Shown in pieces: positions 41,814-54,008 of a DNA stretch of 64,000 nt. The translations under genes and the position numbers were made by a program. The stretch comes from an uncultured Clostridiaceae bacterium (lineage in GTDB: Bacteria; Bacillota; Clostridia; TANB77; CAG-508), in the NCBI GenBank assembly GCA_950096965.1, contig CATNCV010000001.1, forward strand, positions 323 through 64,322, given 5' to 3'. A model generated the notes under the pieces. The model saw nothing but the letters and a program-made list of their open reading frames with translations. It had not been told where the DNA came from and ran no database searches. Numbering within the stretch: position 1 is the stretch's first letter; each line of letters begins with the position of its first letter.

Positions 41814-43740
41814 TAATGATTACTCAAAGCCAGATGAATATCAAATATTAAAAAAGAAAACTATAAAAGAATTAATTGCACCAGCAGGAATAGATGCAAG
41901 CAATATAGACCATTTAGAAATAATATCAAACATTACAAGATATGCAAGAAGTTTTTATGTATCAACACTTCCTAGAATGGCAACATTCCCAGAATTATTT
42001 AGGGACATGTACATGTTTGGTGATATAAATACATCAATATACATAAACCCAATAGCAGAATCTAGGTCACAAAATGAATTAAACAGGGTTATAAACGAAC
42101 TAGAAACAGAAAGAATTGTTGCAGCAGATAGAGGAAATATAAACAGAGAAAGCACAATAGGGCAAAAAAGATGGGAAGCAGAGCAATTAAGAGATGAAAT
42201 AGCAGCAGGATATAACAAGCTATTTGAAGCGTCAATAGTATCAACCCTATTTGCATATAGCTTAGAAGACTTAGACAGATATACAAAACTTTTAGCATCT
42301 GAAATGTCTAAGAGCTTAGTAGATGTAAAAAGTGCTTGGGGAATGCAAGAAGAAGCATTTAAAAGCAATATACCATTAATGGAAAACAAAATAAAAAAGA
42401 CACATACATTTGATAGACGTTCAATGGGAACAGTATTCCCATTTACAACATCAGAAGTAGGTCACCCAACAGGTGTACCCCTAGGCTTTAACAAACAAAC
42501 TGGAGTACCAATTTTGTTTGATAACTTTCATGGTTCACTTACAAATTATAACATGGTTATATTCGCAAAATCAGGTGCTGGTAAATCTGTTACAATGAAA
42601 ACATTAATTTCACGTAGTGCAGTACTAATGGGAATACAAAGTTTGGCATTAGATGCTGAAGGTGAATATTCAATAGTTGCAGAAAGCTTAGGTGGAATAA
42701 ATGTTGTAATAAGTCCAACATCACAAACTATAATTAACCTTTTTGATATAGAATCAGAAGTAATAAAAGATGAAATAACAGGAAAGTCAAGAAGTGTAGT
42801 AAATGTAGAAAACAAAGTAGAAGACGTAACACAAGCACTACTTACTATGGCAAGAGGAAGCACAAGAAGTAAAGAAGTAAACGAACTTACAAAGCAAATT
42901 ATTTCAGAATCAGTTTCTGAAGAATATGCAGAAGCTAAAATTACTAGTGACCCAAATAGTTTATATGACTCAAATGCTATAAATACAGGAAATGCATTAG
43001 GAAAACAGAAAAAGCAAATGCCAACAATAGGTTCATGGTATAAAAGAATACTACGTAAAGCAGAAGAAAACACAAATGTAGACTATCAATTTCATTACAG
43101 TTACTTAATAAAAGTTATGAAACAATATGTAAGAGAATATAATGGGCAAATGGCTTACTTTGACGGACAATCTACATTTGACTTATTAGATGGAACACTA
43201 TTTATAAACTTAGACATATCTCAACTAGAAGAAAGATTTGCAAGACCTTTAGCACAACAAATATTACTTTCTTGGATATGGGAAAAATATGTTAAGAAAA
43301 ACAGTGAGGACAGAAGTAAAGCATATAAGAAAAGAGTTTTAGTAGATGAAGCATGGATGTTACTTCCATACCCAGAAGCTGTAGACTTTTTAAATACAAT
43401 GGCACGTCGTGCAAGAAAAAGAAATGTATCACTAGCAATTATTTCACAAAGGTTCCAAGACTTTTATGAAAAACCAGAAGCACAAGCAGTACTAACATCA
43501 TCAGACACAAAACTATTTTTAGCACAAGATAAATCCGAAATTGGGTACCTAAAAGAAGTATTTAAACTAAGTTCTGGAGAATCAGGTTTCTTAGTTACAT
43601 GCCAAAAAGGTGAAGGGCTATTAAAAGTAGGAGCAGATACAGCAATAATACAGATAAGACCAACACAAAAAGAGTTTGAATTTGTTGAAACAAACTTAAA
43701 TAAGTTGGTAAATATGAAGAGAAATAGAAATGAATACTAG
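41767..43740 (+). CDS. VirB4-family conjugative/T4SS ATPase (TraE/TcpF/ConE-like); GTG start
   Basis: N-terminal IAPAGIDASNIDHLEIISNITRYARSFYVSTLPRMATFPELF region, Walker A IFAKSGAGKSV, ALDAEGEY, and Walker B RVLVDEAWML. RBS GGAGG 9 nt before the GTG at 41767. Confidence 0.85.
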   Translation: MAKKNKKELEKQKQLNNDYSKPDEYQILKKKTIKELIAPAGIDASNIDHLEIISNITRYARSFYVSTLPRMATFPELFRDMYMFGDINTSIYINPIAESRSQNELNRVINELETERIVAADRGNINRESTIGQKRWEAEQLRDEIAAGYNKLFEASIVSTLFAYSLEDLDRYTKLLASEMSKSLVDVKSAWGMQEEAFKSNIPLMENKIKKTHTFDRRSMGTVFPFTTSEVGHPTGVPLGFNKQTGVPILFDNFHGSLTNYNMVIFAKSGAGKSVTMKTLISRSAVLMGIQSLALDAEGEYSIVAESLGGINVVISPTSQTIINLFDIESEVIKDEITGKSRSVVNVENKVEDVTQALLTMARGSTRSKEVNELTKQIISESVSEEYAEAKITSDPNSLYDSNAINTGNALGKQKKQMPTIGSWYKRILRKAEENTNVDYQFHYSYLIKVMKQYVREYNGQMAYFDGQSTFDLLDGTLFINLDISQLEERFARPLAQQILLSWIWEKYVKKNSEDRSKAYKKRVLVDEAWMLLPYPEAVDFLNTMARRARKRNVSLAIISQRFQDFYEKPEAQAVLTSSDTKLFLAQDKSEIGYLKEVFKLSSGESGFLVTCQKGEGLLKVGADTAIIQIRPTQKEFEFVETNLNKLVNMKRNRNEY

Positions 43741-43756
43741 GAGGAAAAAGTAAGTA

Positions 43757-46579
43757 ATGAACATATTTACAAAAAAAGGCACTATACAAAAGACAATAAT
43801 AGCCATACTTATGGTACTTTGTATTAATTTCATAGTTCCAACTTATTCACATGCAGGTATAGGAGGAGTGTTAATAAATCCTATACTAGACTTAGGAGCT
43901 TCACTTGGGGACATTGTTGAATCACTATTACAGTGGTCAATGACAGGTCAATTTGCGGCAGGTGAAAAGCTATCACAATCTAAAATATTAGTAGATCAAG
44001 GAGACAATAGAATAAAAAATGGTTCTGGAAATGCAACAATATCAGTCTCAGCAGATGAACTAGATTTAGGATGGTTTACAAATAGTAATAATTACCAAGT
44101 ACCAATTATAGAGTATACACCAGAGGAAATATTTAGCAATAAAATACCATATTTGGATATAAACTTTATAAACCCAACATGGACTAAGCAAAATAGCCAG
44201 TATAAAATAGATGGAATTGCAGCAGAATTGCAAGAAACAATTGCAGGGTGGTATATAGCACTTAGAAATTTAGCAATAGTAGGGCTTTTGTGTGTATTAG
44301 TATATGTAGGAATTAGAATATTACTAAGTAGTACAGCAGGGGATAAAGCAAAATTTAAAACAATGTTTACAGACTGGTTAATAGCACTTTGTATATTATT
44401 TTTCTTACATTATATAATGTCATTTACACTAACAATGGTAAATTCAGTAAATAATGCTTTAACAGGAGGGCAAACATATCAATCAAATGGTGTTGTTATA
44501 GAAGTAGATGGAGCAAAATATGCAACAAACTTTATGGGAGCAGCAAGGTTTATGGTGCAAAGTAAAGACACAGTTGAAAGATTTGGATACATGTTAATTT
44601 ATTGGGCACTAGTAGCATATACAGTAATATTTACATGGCACTACTTAAAAAGGGTGCTTATGATGGCATTTTTAACAATAATAGCACCACTTGTGGCACT
44701 TACATATCCAATAGATAAAATAGGAGATGGGAAAGCACAAGCATTTAGTATGTGGCTTAAAGAATATGTATATAATGCACTAATTCAGCCATTCCATTTA
44801 ATAATTTATATGATATTTGTAGGATCAGCAATAGACTTTGCAAAAACAAATATGATTTATGCGATAGTTGCAGTAGGCTTCATATTACCAGCAGAAAAAC
44901 TATTAAAGAAAATGTTTGGATTTGATAAAGGACCTTTAGGAACAATGGGAGCATTAGCAGGTTTCACAGCAGGTTCACTTGCTTCTAAATTTGGAAGCGG
45001 AAAAGGCTCAGGAGGTGGAGCAAAAGGAGGAAACAACCAAGAAGAAAATAAACCACCAAGATATCAACCACGCCATGGAACAGATGGAATAGATTATGCA
45101 GAAGACCATAACCTAGACAGAGGAGGTCCACAAGAGCCAACAAGTTCAGAACCAAGAAGTACTACGGAACAACAAACGCAAAATGAACTACCAGACTCAA
45201 GAGGTTTACCATTTGATGATGCAATAGATGTACCATATAGAGAGGTACCTTTAGATGGTAATACAGAAGGAGGGCAACAAAACACTTCACAAAATGAAAA
45301 TGGACCTTTCGAAAGACTTTCAGATGATGATGTAGAAGAAATGGCGCCTGAAAGACCAAGAACAATGGATGATTTAGAACAAAATAGTAGGGAACAAAGT
45401 TCAGGAGCGTCAGGACAAACTCAAAGAGGTGAAAGAAGTGCAGAAAATACAAGGCAACCAGGAAGATTTAGGCAAGGAATGAGAAATATTGCAAATGCAC
45501 ATGGTGGAACAAAGGGAATATTGAAAAATACAGCAAAAACATTAGGAAGGGCTGCTAAATTTACTGCAAGAACAGCATTTACAGCAGCAGGAATGGCAGC
45601 AGGAGCAGGAGCAGGATTAGCATCAGGAAAAGGATTTGGAGGAGTAATTGCAGGTGCAACAGCTGGAAGACAGCTAGGAAGCAGACTTGGTACTACACTT
45701 TCAAATATGCCAGAAAATGCATATAATGTAGCTAATAGTGTTGCAAATAAAGTAGGAGGAGCAGTAAGTAGAGAAATAGATACATTTAATGGAAATACAA
45801 GATTACATGATAAGGCACAAGCAAGAAAATTCATGAAAGATAGTTCTACAGAACAATATGTAAGAGATAAATTAACAGCAGATAATAATGGTAGGGCTCC
45901 TTCAGATAAACAAGTAAAAGAAGAGATGAACAACATAAAAATGTATGCAAATGAAGGAATGACAGATATTGCACAAATTTACAGAGCTAGAAAAGCAGAA
46001 AAATTTGGAGTAGATGCAGATCAAGCAGCTAAAATTGCATTACTTGCTCAAGATAGAGGAATAGATTCTAAAGTTTTAGGTGACCAAAAACAATATGATC
46101 AAAGACAACAAGACTTTACACAAGAATTTATGGATAAAGGTTTATCAGAAGCACAAGCATCAGCAAAAGCAGACTATGTATTAAATGTAATGAAGGCACA
46201 AGTTGGACAAAGACATAATCTTAAAAATGTAGGAGGAAGAGCACGAGTAGTACAACCTACACAAAATACTAACCCAGATGGAGGAACAACAAGAGGAACA
46301 AGAACACAAAATGTTAACCCAGATGGAGGAACAACAAGAAGAACAAGAACACAAAATGTTAACCCAGATGGAGGAACAACAAGAAGAACAAGAACACAAA
46401 ATGTTAACCCAAATGGAGGAACAACAAGAAGAACAAGAACACAAAATACAAACCCAGATGGAGGAACAACAAGAAGAACAAGAACACAAAATACTAACCC
46501 AAATGGAGGAACAACAAGAAGAAGAGGACGCCCAAGAACTCAAAATAATAACTCAGATCCAAGTGGGTCAAACAATTAG
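43757..46579 (+). CDS. VirB6/TrbL-like polytopic T4SS membrane protein with a long low-complexity C-terminal tail ending in tandem repeats
   Basis: Signal peptide, six or more TM helices in the 150-400-aa region, Gly/Ala-rich segments, then 6 x NPDGGTTRRTRTQNVN. Confidence 0.65.
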   Translation: MNIFTKKGTIQKTIIAILMVLCINFIVPTYSHAGIGGVLINPILDLGASLGDIVESLLQWSMTGQFAAGEKLSQSKILVDQGDNRIKNGSGNATISVSADELDLGWFTNSNNYQVPIIEYTPEEIFSNKIPYLDINFINPTWTKQNSQYKIDGIAAELQETIAGWYIALRNLAIVGLLCVLVYVGIRILLSSTAGDKAKFKTMFTDWLIALCILFFLHYIMSFTLTMVNSVNNALTGGQTYQSNGVVIEVDGAKYATNFMGAARFMVQSKDTVERFGYMLIYWALVAYTVIFTWHYLKRVLMMAFLTIIAPLVALTYPIDKIGDGKAQAFSMWLKEYVYNALIQPFHLIIYMIFVGSAIDFAKTNMIYAIVAVGFILPAEKLLKKMFGFDKGPLGTMGALAGFTAGSLASKFGSGKGSGGGAKGGNNQEENKPPRYQPRHGTDGIDYAEDHNLDRGGPQEPTSSEPRSTTEQQTQNELPDSRGLPFDDAIDVPYREVPLDGNTEGGQQNTSQNENGPFERLSDDDVEEMAPERPRTMDDLEQNSREQSSGASGQTQRGERSAENTRQPGRFRQGMRNIANAHGGTKGILKNTAKTLGRAAKFTARTAFTAAGMAAGAGAGLASGKGFGGVIAGATAGRQLGSRLGTTLSNMPENAYNVANSVANKVGGAVSREIDTFNGNTRLHDKAQARKFMKDSSTEQYVRDKLTADNNGRAPSDKQVKEEMNNIKMYANEGMTDIAQIYRARKAEKFGVDADQAAKIALLAQDRGIDSKVLGDQKQYDQRQQDFTQEFMDKGLSEAQASAKADYVLNVMKAQVGQRHNLKNVGGRARVVQPTQNTNPDGGTTRGTRTQNVNPDGGTTRRTRTQNVNPDGGTTRRTRTQNVNPNGGTTRRTRTQNTNPDGGTTRRTRTQNTNPNGGTTRRRGRPRTQNNNSDPSGSNN
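46263..46550 (+). repeat. six tandem 48-bp coding repeats (ACAAGAACACAAAATGTTAACCCAGATGGAGGAACAACAAGAAGA)
   Basis: Read directly as TRTQNVNPDGGTTRR x6 with minor N/D and V/T variation. They generate the spurious antisense ORF 46181..46543. Confidence 0.85.
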
Positions 46580-46633
46580 AAAAGGAAAGAAACAGTAATA
46601 AAAATATAATTGAAAAGTAGGAGGCTACCTAAA

Positions 46634-47575
46634 ATGAATAAAATAATAAGAATGTGGAATCAAAACAGAAAGGTAATTATTATTATAGCATTAATAGTAG
46701 TCTTCTGCTTTTTAGTTCTTCAAATATTAAATAATATAGCAAAAGAAAATATAAGAAAACAAAATATGGAAAATACAAGTAATAGTCAAAACATGGAGAA
46801 TAAAAAGCTTCCAACAACTTCAATTATTACAGGAGAAAAAGTAAATAAGGAAACTACTGAAAATAATGTAAAAGTAATAGAGGAATTTGTTAGTATGTGT
46901 AATAAAGGGCAAATAGAAGAAGCATACAATTTGTTAACACCTAATTGTAAAGAAACACTTTTCAAAACAGTTGATGACTTTAGAAATAATTATTACAATA
47001 TAATTTTTAAGGAAGAAAGAACTTTAAAAATAGAAAACTACAAAAATTCAGTTACTACAAATACATATGCAGTAACATTTTATGAAGATATAATGTCTAC
47101 TGGAAATGTAAGTAATAGTAGCAATTATAAAGATTATATAACAGTAGAAAAAAGTACAAATAAATTAAGTATTAATAGCTTAATAGAAAGTAAAAGTATA
47201 GAAAAAGAAGCTAAAAATAATGGAGTAAAAATAACAGTATTAAGTCAAGAAAAGTATGTAGATTATGAAATATATAAATTTAAGTTTGAAAATAATACAG
47301 AAAATACAGTAATGATAGACACATTAAAAACCTCTAAAAGTATATATTTGCTAGATAGAAATGATATAAAATATAGTTCATTTAACAACGAAATAGCAAG
47401 TAGCCTATTACAACTTTCTAAATATACAACAAAAACAGTTTCAATCAAATTTAATAAAAGATATGACCCAGTAGATGAAACTAAAAAAGTTATTTTTTCA
47501 GATATTATATTAAACTATGAACAATTTAAAGAGCAAAATACAAATGAAAGAGAAAAAATAGAAATAAAGTTATAG
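46634..47575 (+). CDS. bitopic membrane protein, candidate VirB8/TcpC-like T4SS component
   Basis: N-terminal TM (IIIIALIVVFCFLVL) and a ~280-aa external domain. Positioned between the VirB6-like and hydrolase genes, as orf13 is in Tn916. Confidence 0.35.
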   Translation: MNKIIRMWNQNRKVIIIIALIVVFCFLVLQILNNIAKENIRKQNMENTSNSQNMENKKLPTTSIITGEKVNKETTENNVKVIEEFVSMCNKGQIEEAYNLLTPNCKETLFKTVDDFRNNYYNIIFKEERTLKIENYKNSVTTNTYAVTFYEDIMSTGNVSNSSNYKDYITVEKSTNKLSINSLIESKSIEKEAKNNGVKITVLSQEKYVDYEIYKFKFENNTENTVMIDTLKTSKSIYLLDRNDIKYSSFNNEIASSLLQLSKYTTKTVSIKFNKRYDPVDETKKVIFSDIILNYEQFKEQNTNEREKIEIKL

Positions 47576-47613
47576 AAAAAACTAAATTGCATGCATGAAA
47601 AGAGGTGATAATA

Positions 47614-50600
47614 ATGGAAGAGAATGGAGAAATAAACAAAGAAAATCAAAACGCTAATGGAAATAGTGAAATGGAAGGCAAAGGCAAACTTGCCAGAGAA
47701 TTTAAAGAAGCAAAAGACACAGCACAGGAAGCAGTTAAATTAGTTGGTAGTATAGAATCAGGTAATGTTGTAGAAGCAGTTAAAAGTGCAGCAAAATTAG
47801 CAAAGAGTAAGGCCGTTAAAAAGAAAATAAAAGCAGGATTAAGAAACATTTTGATTGGTACACTCATTGTTGTTATACTAGTATCAGCAGTATTTAGTAT
47901 ATTTAAGGCAGTTTATGAAAAAGTAGTAGAATTACTTTCAAGTATAGGAAGAGAGCTAAGGTCTTTTTGGAGATGGATTACAGATGACTATTGGATACGA
48001 TTAGATGATGATATTGAATATACTACTATTGACGACACGCGGTCAGGAAGTAACAAGAAAAGGAAAATTGGTAGATGAATATATAAGACAATTATCAGAC
48101 CTAGGTATTTCTCTACATTCACTAAAATTATTAGGAGATTTTGAACTATCAGAAGAAGATAAAAAATTAACAGAAAGAGAATTTATAGAAAAAGTATTAA
48201 CAGATAGTAATTACAAAAAACAAAAGGAAGTAATAGAAAGATATATATTAGAATTTGTAAGAGCAGATTTAATTACTCAATCAGTACATTTAAGAAGAGG
48301 TAAGGATTTAGTAAATCCATATAGTGATAAACTAATAGATGGTGGAGTATATATATATAGAACGCCTGAAAAAGATAAAGATGGAAATAGTGTAGAAATT
48401 GACCCAGGTCAATATGATATTATGACTGAAGATAAAGTAACAACAACTACAAATACAAATGCAAGTACAAACACAAATACAGGAAATTCAAATTCACAAG
48501 CTAATGGTAGTACAAGCATACAAGAGGTTAACCAAGAAAAATATGTTCAAATGACATATGAATCACCAGAAAAGTTTCAAAAATTAGTAGATGAAAACAG
48601 CTCTAAATTAAGATATAAATTTACTATAGACGAAGATGGAAATTTAGTAATAGCACAGTTAAAAACAGTAGTCACAAAAACAAAAGAGAAAGGTGCAATA
48701 TTTGCGTCAACAGATAAATCTACAACAGTAGAAGATGTATTACATATTGATTATAAAAAGTACATAGAAAAATATACAATGCCATATGAATTTTTAATAA
48801 ACCTATGTATGATAACACAAAATCCAGAATTTGTATATCATGTAGCAATGCTTGCAAGACAAACAGAAATAAAACTTGTAGTGCAAGATGATACAACAAT
48901 AGAAGATGTTACAACAACTGAAGAAAAAACATATGAAAGCTACAAAAATATGTCAAGTTCTTCAAGGTCAGGAGCGCAAGTAACATCAAAAGACCAAAAA
49001 ACAATTGAAACAGAAGTAATAACAACAACAATGGTACCACACCTAGAAATAAAATCAGCAAATACATGGAGTTTTTATGAAACTTATGAATACACAAAAA
49101 TAACAAATGTAGATGGACCAAACGTACAAGGACCAGTATCAGTTCCATGTGATGTACCAGATACATTGCCAAATTATCACCCTTCAACCACACAAAATGT
49201 ACTAGCACTAGACATGACATATCAAACTGTACAAACACCTGAATACTGGACAGGAGGACCATGGCTTGTTGAAAATATTGTAACCACAAGTACAACTATA
49301 ACTACAACAAAATACAACCCAGGAATATTAAAAGATTCAGTAGAAAAATCTAAGCAATTTTTAGGGTTACTTAGAAATAGTACAGGTGAATGTGATCAAT
49401 CAAATTGCTATGGTAACTCAGAAAAAGTAAAAGAATGTGCAAAAAATGCAGTATTTGATAGAAATGGACTAAATGTAGAATATAGACTACCAAACTCTAC
49501 AAACAAAGACGCTCCATTAAACAGGTTAATAAGTGGACTACAAGTATTATATGAACTATTAGGAAATAGTTTACATGGAGATAGTGGAAATGAGAATCAA
49601 GATGAAATTCATAGCGAATATAAGACAAAAATGACAGGAATAGTAGAACATTTACAATATTTAATGACATTCCCAGATAATGAAGACATAGAAATAGAAT
49701 ATGAAGATGATGAAGACGATGCAATAGATATAGATCCTGGAGACGTTCAATATGAAGATGATATAGAAGATGATGAACTAAAAATATTATACAAAATATG
49801 TGAAGCAGAAGCTGGTGGAAGTAAATCAGAAGCTGAAATAACACATGTTGCATGTGTTATATTAAACAGGGTAAAATGTTCACAATGGCCAAATACAATT
49901 AAAGAAGTTGTATTCCAAAAAAATCAATTCCAACCAGTTAGAAATGGAGCTTTTGATAAGGCAGTACCTTCAGAGAAAACAAAAAGAGCAGTAGATGCTG
50001 CAATATCAGGAGGAGATACTACTGGAGGGGCAGTATACTTTATGACAGAAAAGTCAGCTAAAGATTTAGGATTGCCAATCAATAAAAACGAAAAACATAA
50101 ATCATACATATATTTATTTACAGACCCTAATACACATGTTTTTCATACAGATTCAAAATCATTAGAAGAATTAAGAGGCTCAACAGGAGGAACTTCACCA
50201 GCAACAGGAAAATTGGAAGATGTATTCCCAAATGGAATTCCAACTACACAAGAAGGAATAAGAAAATACTTAACTACAGTACAAGTACCAATAACTAGAA
50301 AGGATGGAACTAAAACAACAGCACCAGTTACAATACACAAAGATGTAGCCCAAGACTTAAAGAATGTACTTCAAAAAGCTCAAGACGCAGGTTTCAAAGT
50401 ATATAGTATAGGAGGTTTTTCTTGGAGAAATGTGGCTCATTCAAGTAAAATGTCTCAACATGCCTTAGGTTTAGCAGTAGATATAAATGTAACAGAAAAC
50501 TATTGTGTATATCCAAGTACTGGTCAAATAGATGCAGGTTCTTTCTGGGACCCAAGTAGAAGTGAATACTCAATTCCAAAAGATGGAGTGTTAGTTAAAG

Positions 50601-50683
50601 CATTCAAATCAATTGGATGGGGATGGGGAGGAGACTGGAAGAGCAAAAAAGACTACATGCACTTCTCATTTACAGGAAACTAA
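47614..50683 (+). pseudogene. T4SS-associated bifunctional cell-wall hydrolase (SleB-like Hydrolase_2 domain plus VanY/M15 D,D-peptidase domain), disrupted by a +1 frameshift at ~48040
   Basis: The N-terminal TM-anchored segment (..IEYTTIDDT) and the 892-aa downstream ORF join when one C is removed from ACG[C]GGT. Domains are ILYKICEAEAGG..ITHVACVILNR..VVFQKNQFQP (SleB-like) and SWRNVA..SQHALGLAVDIN..GWGWGGDW..DYMHFSF (M15). Confidence 0.7.
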
Positions 50684-50700
50684 TAAAAGGAGGTAAACAC

Positions 50701-52036
50701 TTGAAAAAGAATTTACTACCATACTTTATAATAATCATTATTGCAATTATAATAATTATCAGTATGACTCTTTTAATACTAAAAAATAAATTAATAGTAG
50801 AAAGTGAAGAAAACCGGACATATAGATTTTAGTAGAGTTGATAAAGTTACAAATAGAGATGAATATTATGCAATAAAAACAATATTAAATAAATACTATA
50901 ATGCTATTAATTATTTAAATGCAGATATAATAGATTTAGGAATTATAAATGTTGAAACAAAGCAAGAAGAAAAAGAAATAATAGAAGAATATACTGAAGA
51001 AGGAATAAAGATACTACAAGATATATTAGATAAAGAATGTATGAGCTATTTAAAACTAAATAATGAAAATATGCTTGATAAATTTGAGAAATATAAGAAT
51101 TCATATTTCACAATAAAAGATATGTATACTTCAGAAAAAAATATTAATACATATTTGTTCTATGTTGTAGGATTATTAGACGATACAAAAGAATACAAAT
51201 TAATAGTAAAATTAGATACATATTCACAAACATTTTCAATATACTCTGATGAGTATATTGAAAATAAGGGATATGATGAAAAAAGTATTGAAAAAGAATT
51301 TAACATAGAAGGAATAGAATATATACAAAAAAATAATAATAATCAGTATACTATGAATAATATAACAGATGAAATAATGGCAGAATACTATTTATATGAT
51401 TATGGAAATACAGTAGAAAGAAATATAGAAAATGCATACAAATTATTAGAAGAAGAATACAGAAAGGAAAAATATCCAACATTACAAAAATATAAAGAAT
51501 ATATAGAAAAATCTGATAAAAGATATGCATTATTAGAACTAAAAAATTACTCAGTAAAAGAATATGACAATTATACAAAGTTTGTGTGTAAAGATCAATA
51601 TGGAGATACTTATATTTTCGAAGATAATGGAATTATGGACTATACATTAAAACTAGATAATTATACCATAATAAGTAAAGAAGATATTGAAGATTATAAT
51701 AATTTAGAGACTAAGAACAAAGTAAAAACTAATATAACTAAGTTCTTTGATATGATAAATATGGGAGATTATGAACTAGCATATAGTTTACTAGATGAAC
51801 AATTCAAATTGAATCAATTTAAAACAATAGAAAAGTTTAAAGAATATATAAATAGTGAAATGTTTAAACACAATAAAGTAAGTTTTATTGCATATAGTAA
51901 TGAGCTTTCACCAATATATGTATATAAGGTGAAACTGAAAGATATAACTAGTGAAAATAGCGAAGAACATAATTATAAAATATTAATAAAATTATTAGAA
52001 AACAATAAATTTGTAATGTCATTTAGTCAAGAATAA
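50701..52036 (+). pseudogene. membrane-anchored hypothetical protein (TTG start), disrupted by a +1 frameshift at ~50815
   Basis: RBS AAAGGAGG then TTG. N-terminal TM ..SEEN then [C]GGA; the other frame continues HIDFSRVDKVTNRDEYYA.. for 410 aa. Removing the C in AAC[C]GGA joins them. Confidence 0.5.
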
Positions 52037-52108
52037 TTTAAAAAAATTGTAAACTTTTAGTAGTTTACAATTTTTTGTTAGTAATATATAATAAATTTAG
52101 GTGATAGT

Positions 52109-53681
52109 ATGAACACAGAAAAATTAATAGGAAAAAAAGAAAAAGTAAAAATAATAGGAAAAACAAAAAGTAAAAAATATTATGTAGGAAAATCACTAGA
52201 AAATAGCTACAATATATATATAGAAGATACAGGAGACTATAGTGATGATGAACTAATAGGAGAAGAACAAGAATGTTTAATAATAAATATTATAAAAAAT
52301 AATATAATAGGCTTTATACTAGACGATAGAAAATTTTTAAATGATATAAAAACGATAAGAAATATATTAAAAAACACTGATGAATATGAAAAAATAGAAG
52401 ATATATATTTAATGGAAAGACTAAAAATAAAAGGTAAGGTGCTAGGTTTATATTTAGTAGATAAAGGTGAAACACGGAAAGTACTATCTAGATACATTAG
52501 AAATAGGAACATTAAATAAAAAAATAATAGATAACAATATATTATTTAAAGAAAGAAAAGTAGAAGAAGAATTAGGAAAGCAAATACGAGATGTTGTAAT
52601 GAGTATAGACTTAAGAAAAAAGGAAATATCTTTAATAAAAGAAAATGAAAAAGAAAAAGACTTAATAGAAAAAGCCTTAGGACTTGAGCCAGAATATGAA
52701 ATAACATCTATAGCAACCATAAGTTTAAGAGAAAAACTAATAGAAGAACAGAAAAAGAAAACCAAAAAAGAAAACAAAAACATATTAATAAATTTACCTA
52801 AAAAACTAAATACTACAAAAGATGTAAATATAAAACAAGAAATGAAAATGAATAGTAAAGTAACAGACATGAAAACCTTAGAGCAAATATTAAAAGATAA
52901 TGAAAAACTTCCACAAATAAAAAATAAAAAATTTATAAAAATGGGAATAATAGAATCAGACCATAGGGATAATTTACTAGACACAAAAACAGGTGAAAAA
53001 GCAAAAGTAAATACAACAAGGTATTCATTTGTAGCAATAGCAAATGATGGAACAGTAGTACCATTAGACTTAAAGCAAGACCACCAAGAAGGAAATAACC
53101 CAAATGAAATAAATTATCAAGTAAACCAAAAAGGAGAAGTAGAGCAAGATGATGTAACTTCAAGGTTTAAAATAGGAAGTGGAACATTTGCAGTAAAAAA
53201 AGGAGACTATGGCGAAATAGAAGTATATCATTCTCCTAGAAAAACAATAGGAGGAAATGGCGTAGAAGGAAATAAAAGCTTAGATAGACAGTTAGAAACA
53301 GACAATGTATGGATAATGAAAAAAGAAGTTAGGGACTTAGCAGCAAAGTATAAAACAGGTTATAGAAGTGTAGAAGAAGGCTACCAAGAGGCCAAAATGC
53401 ATGAAAATGAAAAAGGCGAAATTATACAAAGCGATAAAATGAGAGTAGAAGACATAGATGGAATAGAAAATACAAAATCACATATTCATGACAATGTAAA
53501 CTATGAAGATTTGGCAATAAAATGGGGATATTATAAAGAAGGAAAACCAAACTTAGAAAAAGCAAAGCAATTATATGGAGAAAAAAGAAAAGAAAATCCA
53601 AAAGCAGAAGAAAAAGAAATAATAGAAATGGTAACAGAAGAATTAGAAGAACAAATATGGCATGAAAGAGAAGGTAGATAG
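52109..53681 (+). pseudogene. hypothetical protein (~524 aa, Lys/Glu-rich), disrupted by a +1 frameshift at ~52475
   Basis: 136-aa and 404-aa ORFs join when the C in ACA[C]GGA is removed (..VDKGET | GKYYLDTLEIG..). Confidence 0.5.
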
Positions 53682-54008
53682 TAAAGTAACAATTTGGGGC
53701 TATAATGGTCTTAGGTATTAGCATGATAAAGCCACTTCTGTTTTCCAATAATTACTAAAATCAATATAAAAATTGCTTTACATTAAAAAATGGTTATGCT
53801 ATAATTTTTTATATTATATAAATAATCTTTATAAACAATTGCTACTAAAATAGTTCAAAAAAATAATCTAAATGATACTACTATATTGAAGAATAGTAAG
53901 AAATTGACATATATTATAAAGATATAAAATTTAATAAAGAATGAATAGTGAATAATTAAATATATAATACGAACATAATCGAATGTATTTTTTAGAAGAG
54001 GTGTAAAC

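Noticed and set aside
40605-43740. 40605..41813 and 41767..43740 as two halves of one frameshifted VirB4
   Set aside because: The downstream ORF already carries a complete Gram-positive VirB4 N-terminal region and has its own GGAGG RBS plus GTG start. No CGG site lies at the junction.
46181-46543. Minus-strand ORF encoding SSCCSSIWV repeats
   Set aside because: It is the antisense reading of the six 48-bp tandem repeats in the VirB6-like gene. The periodicity is an artefact of the repeats.
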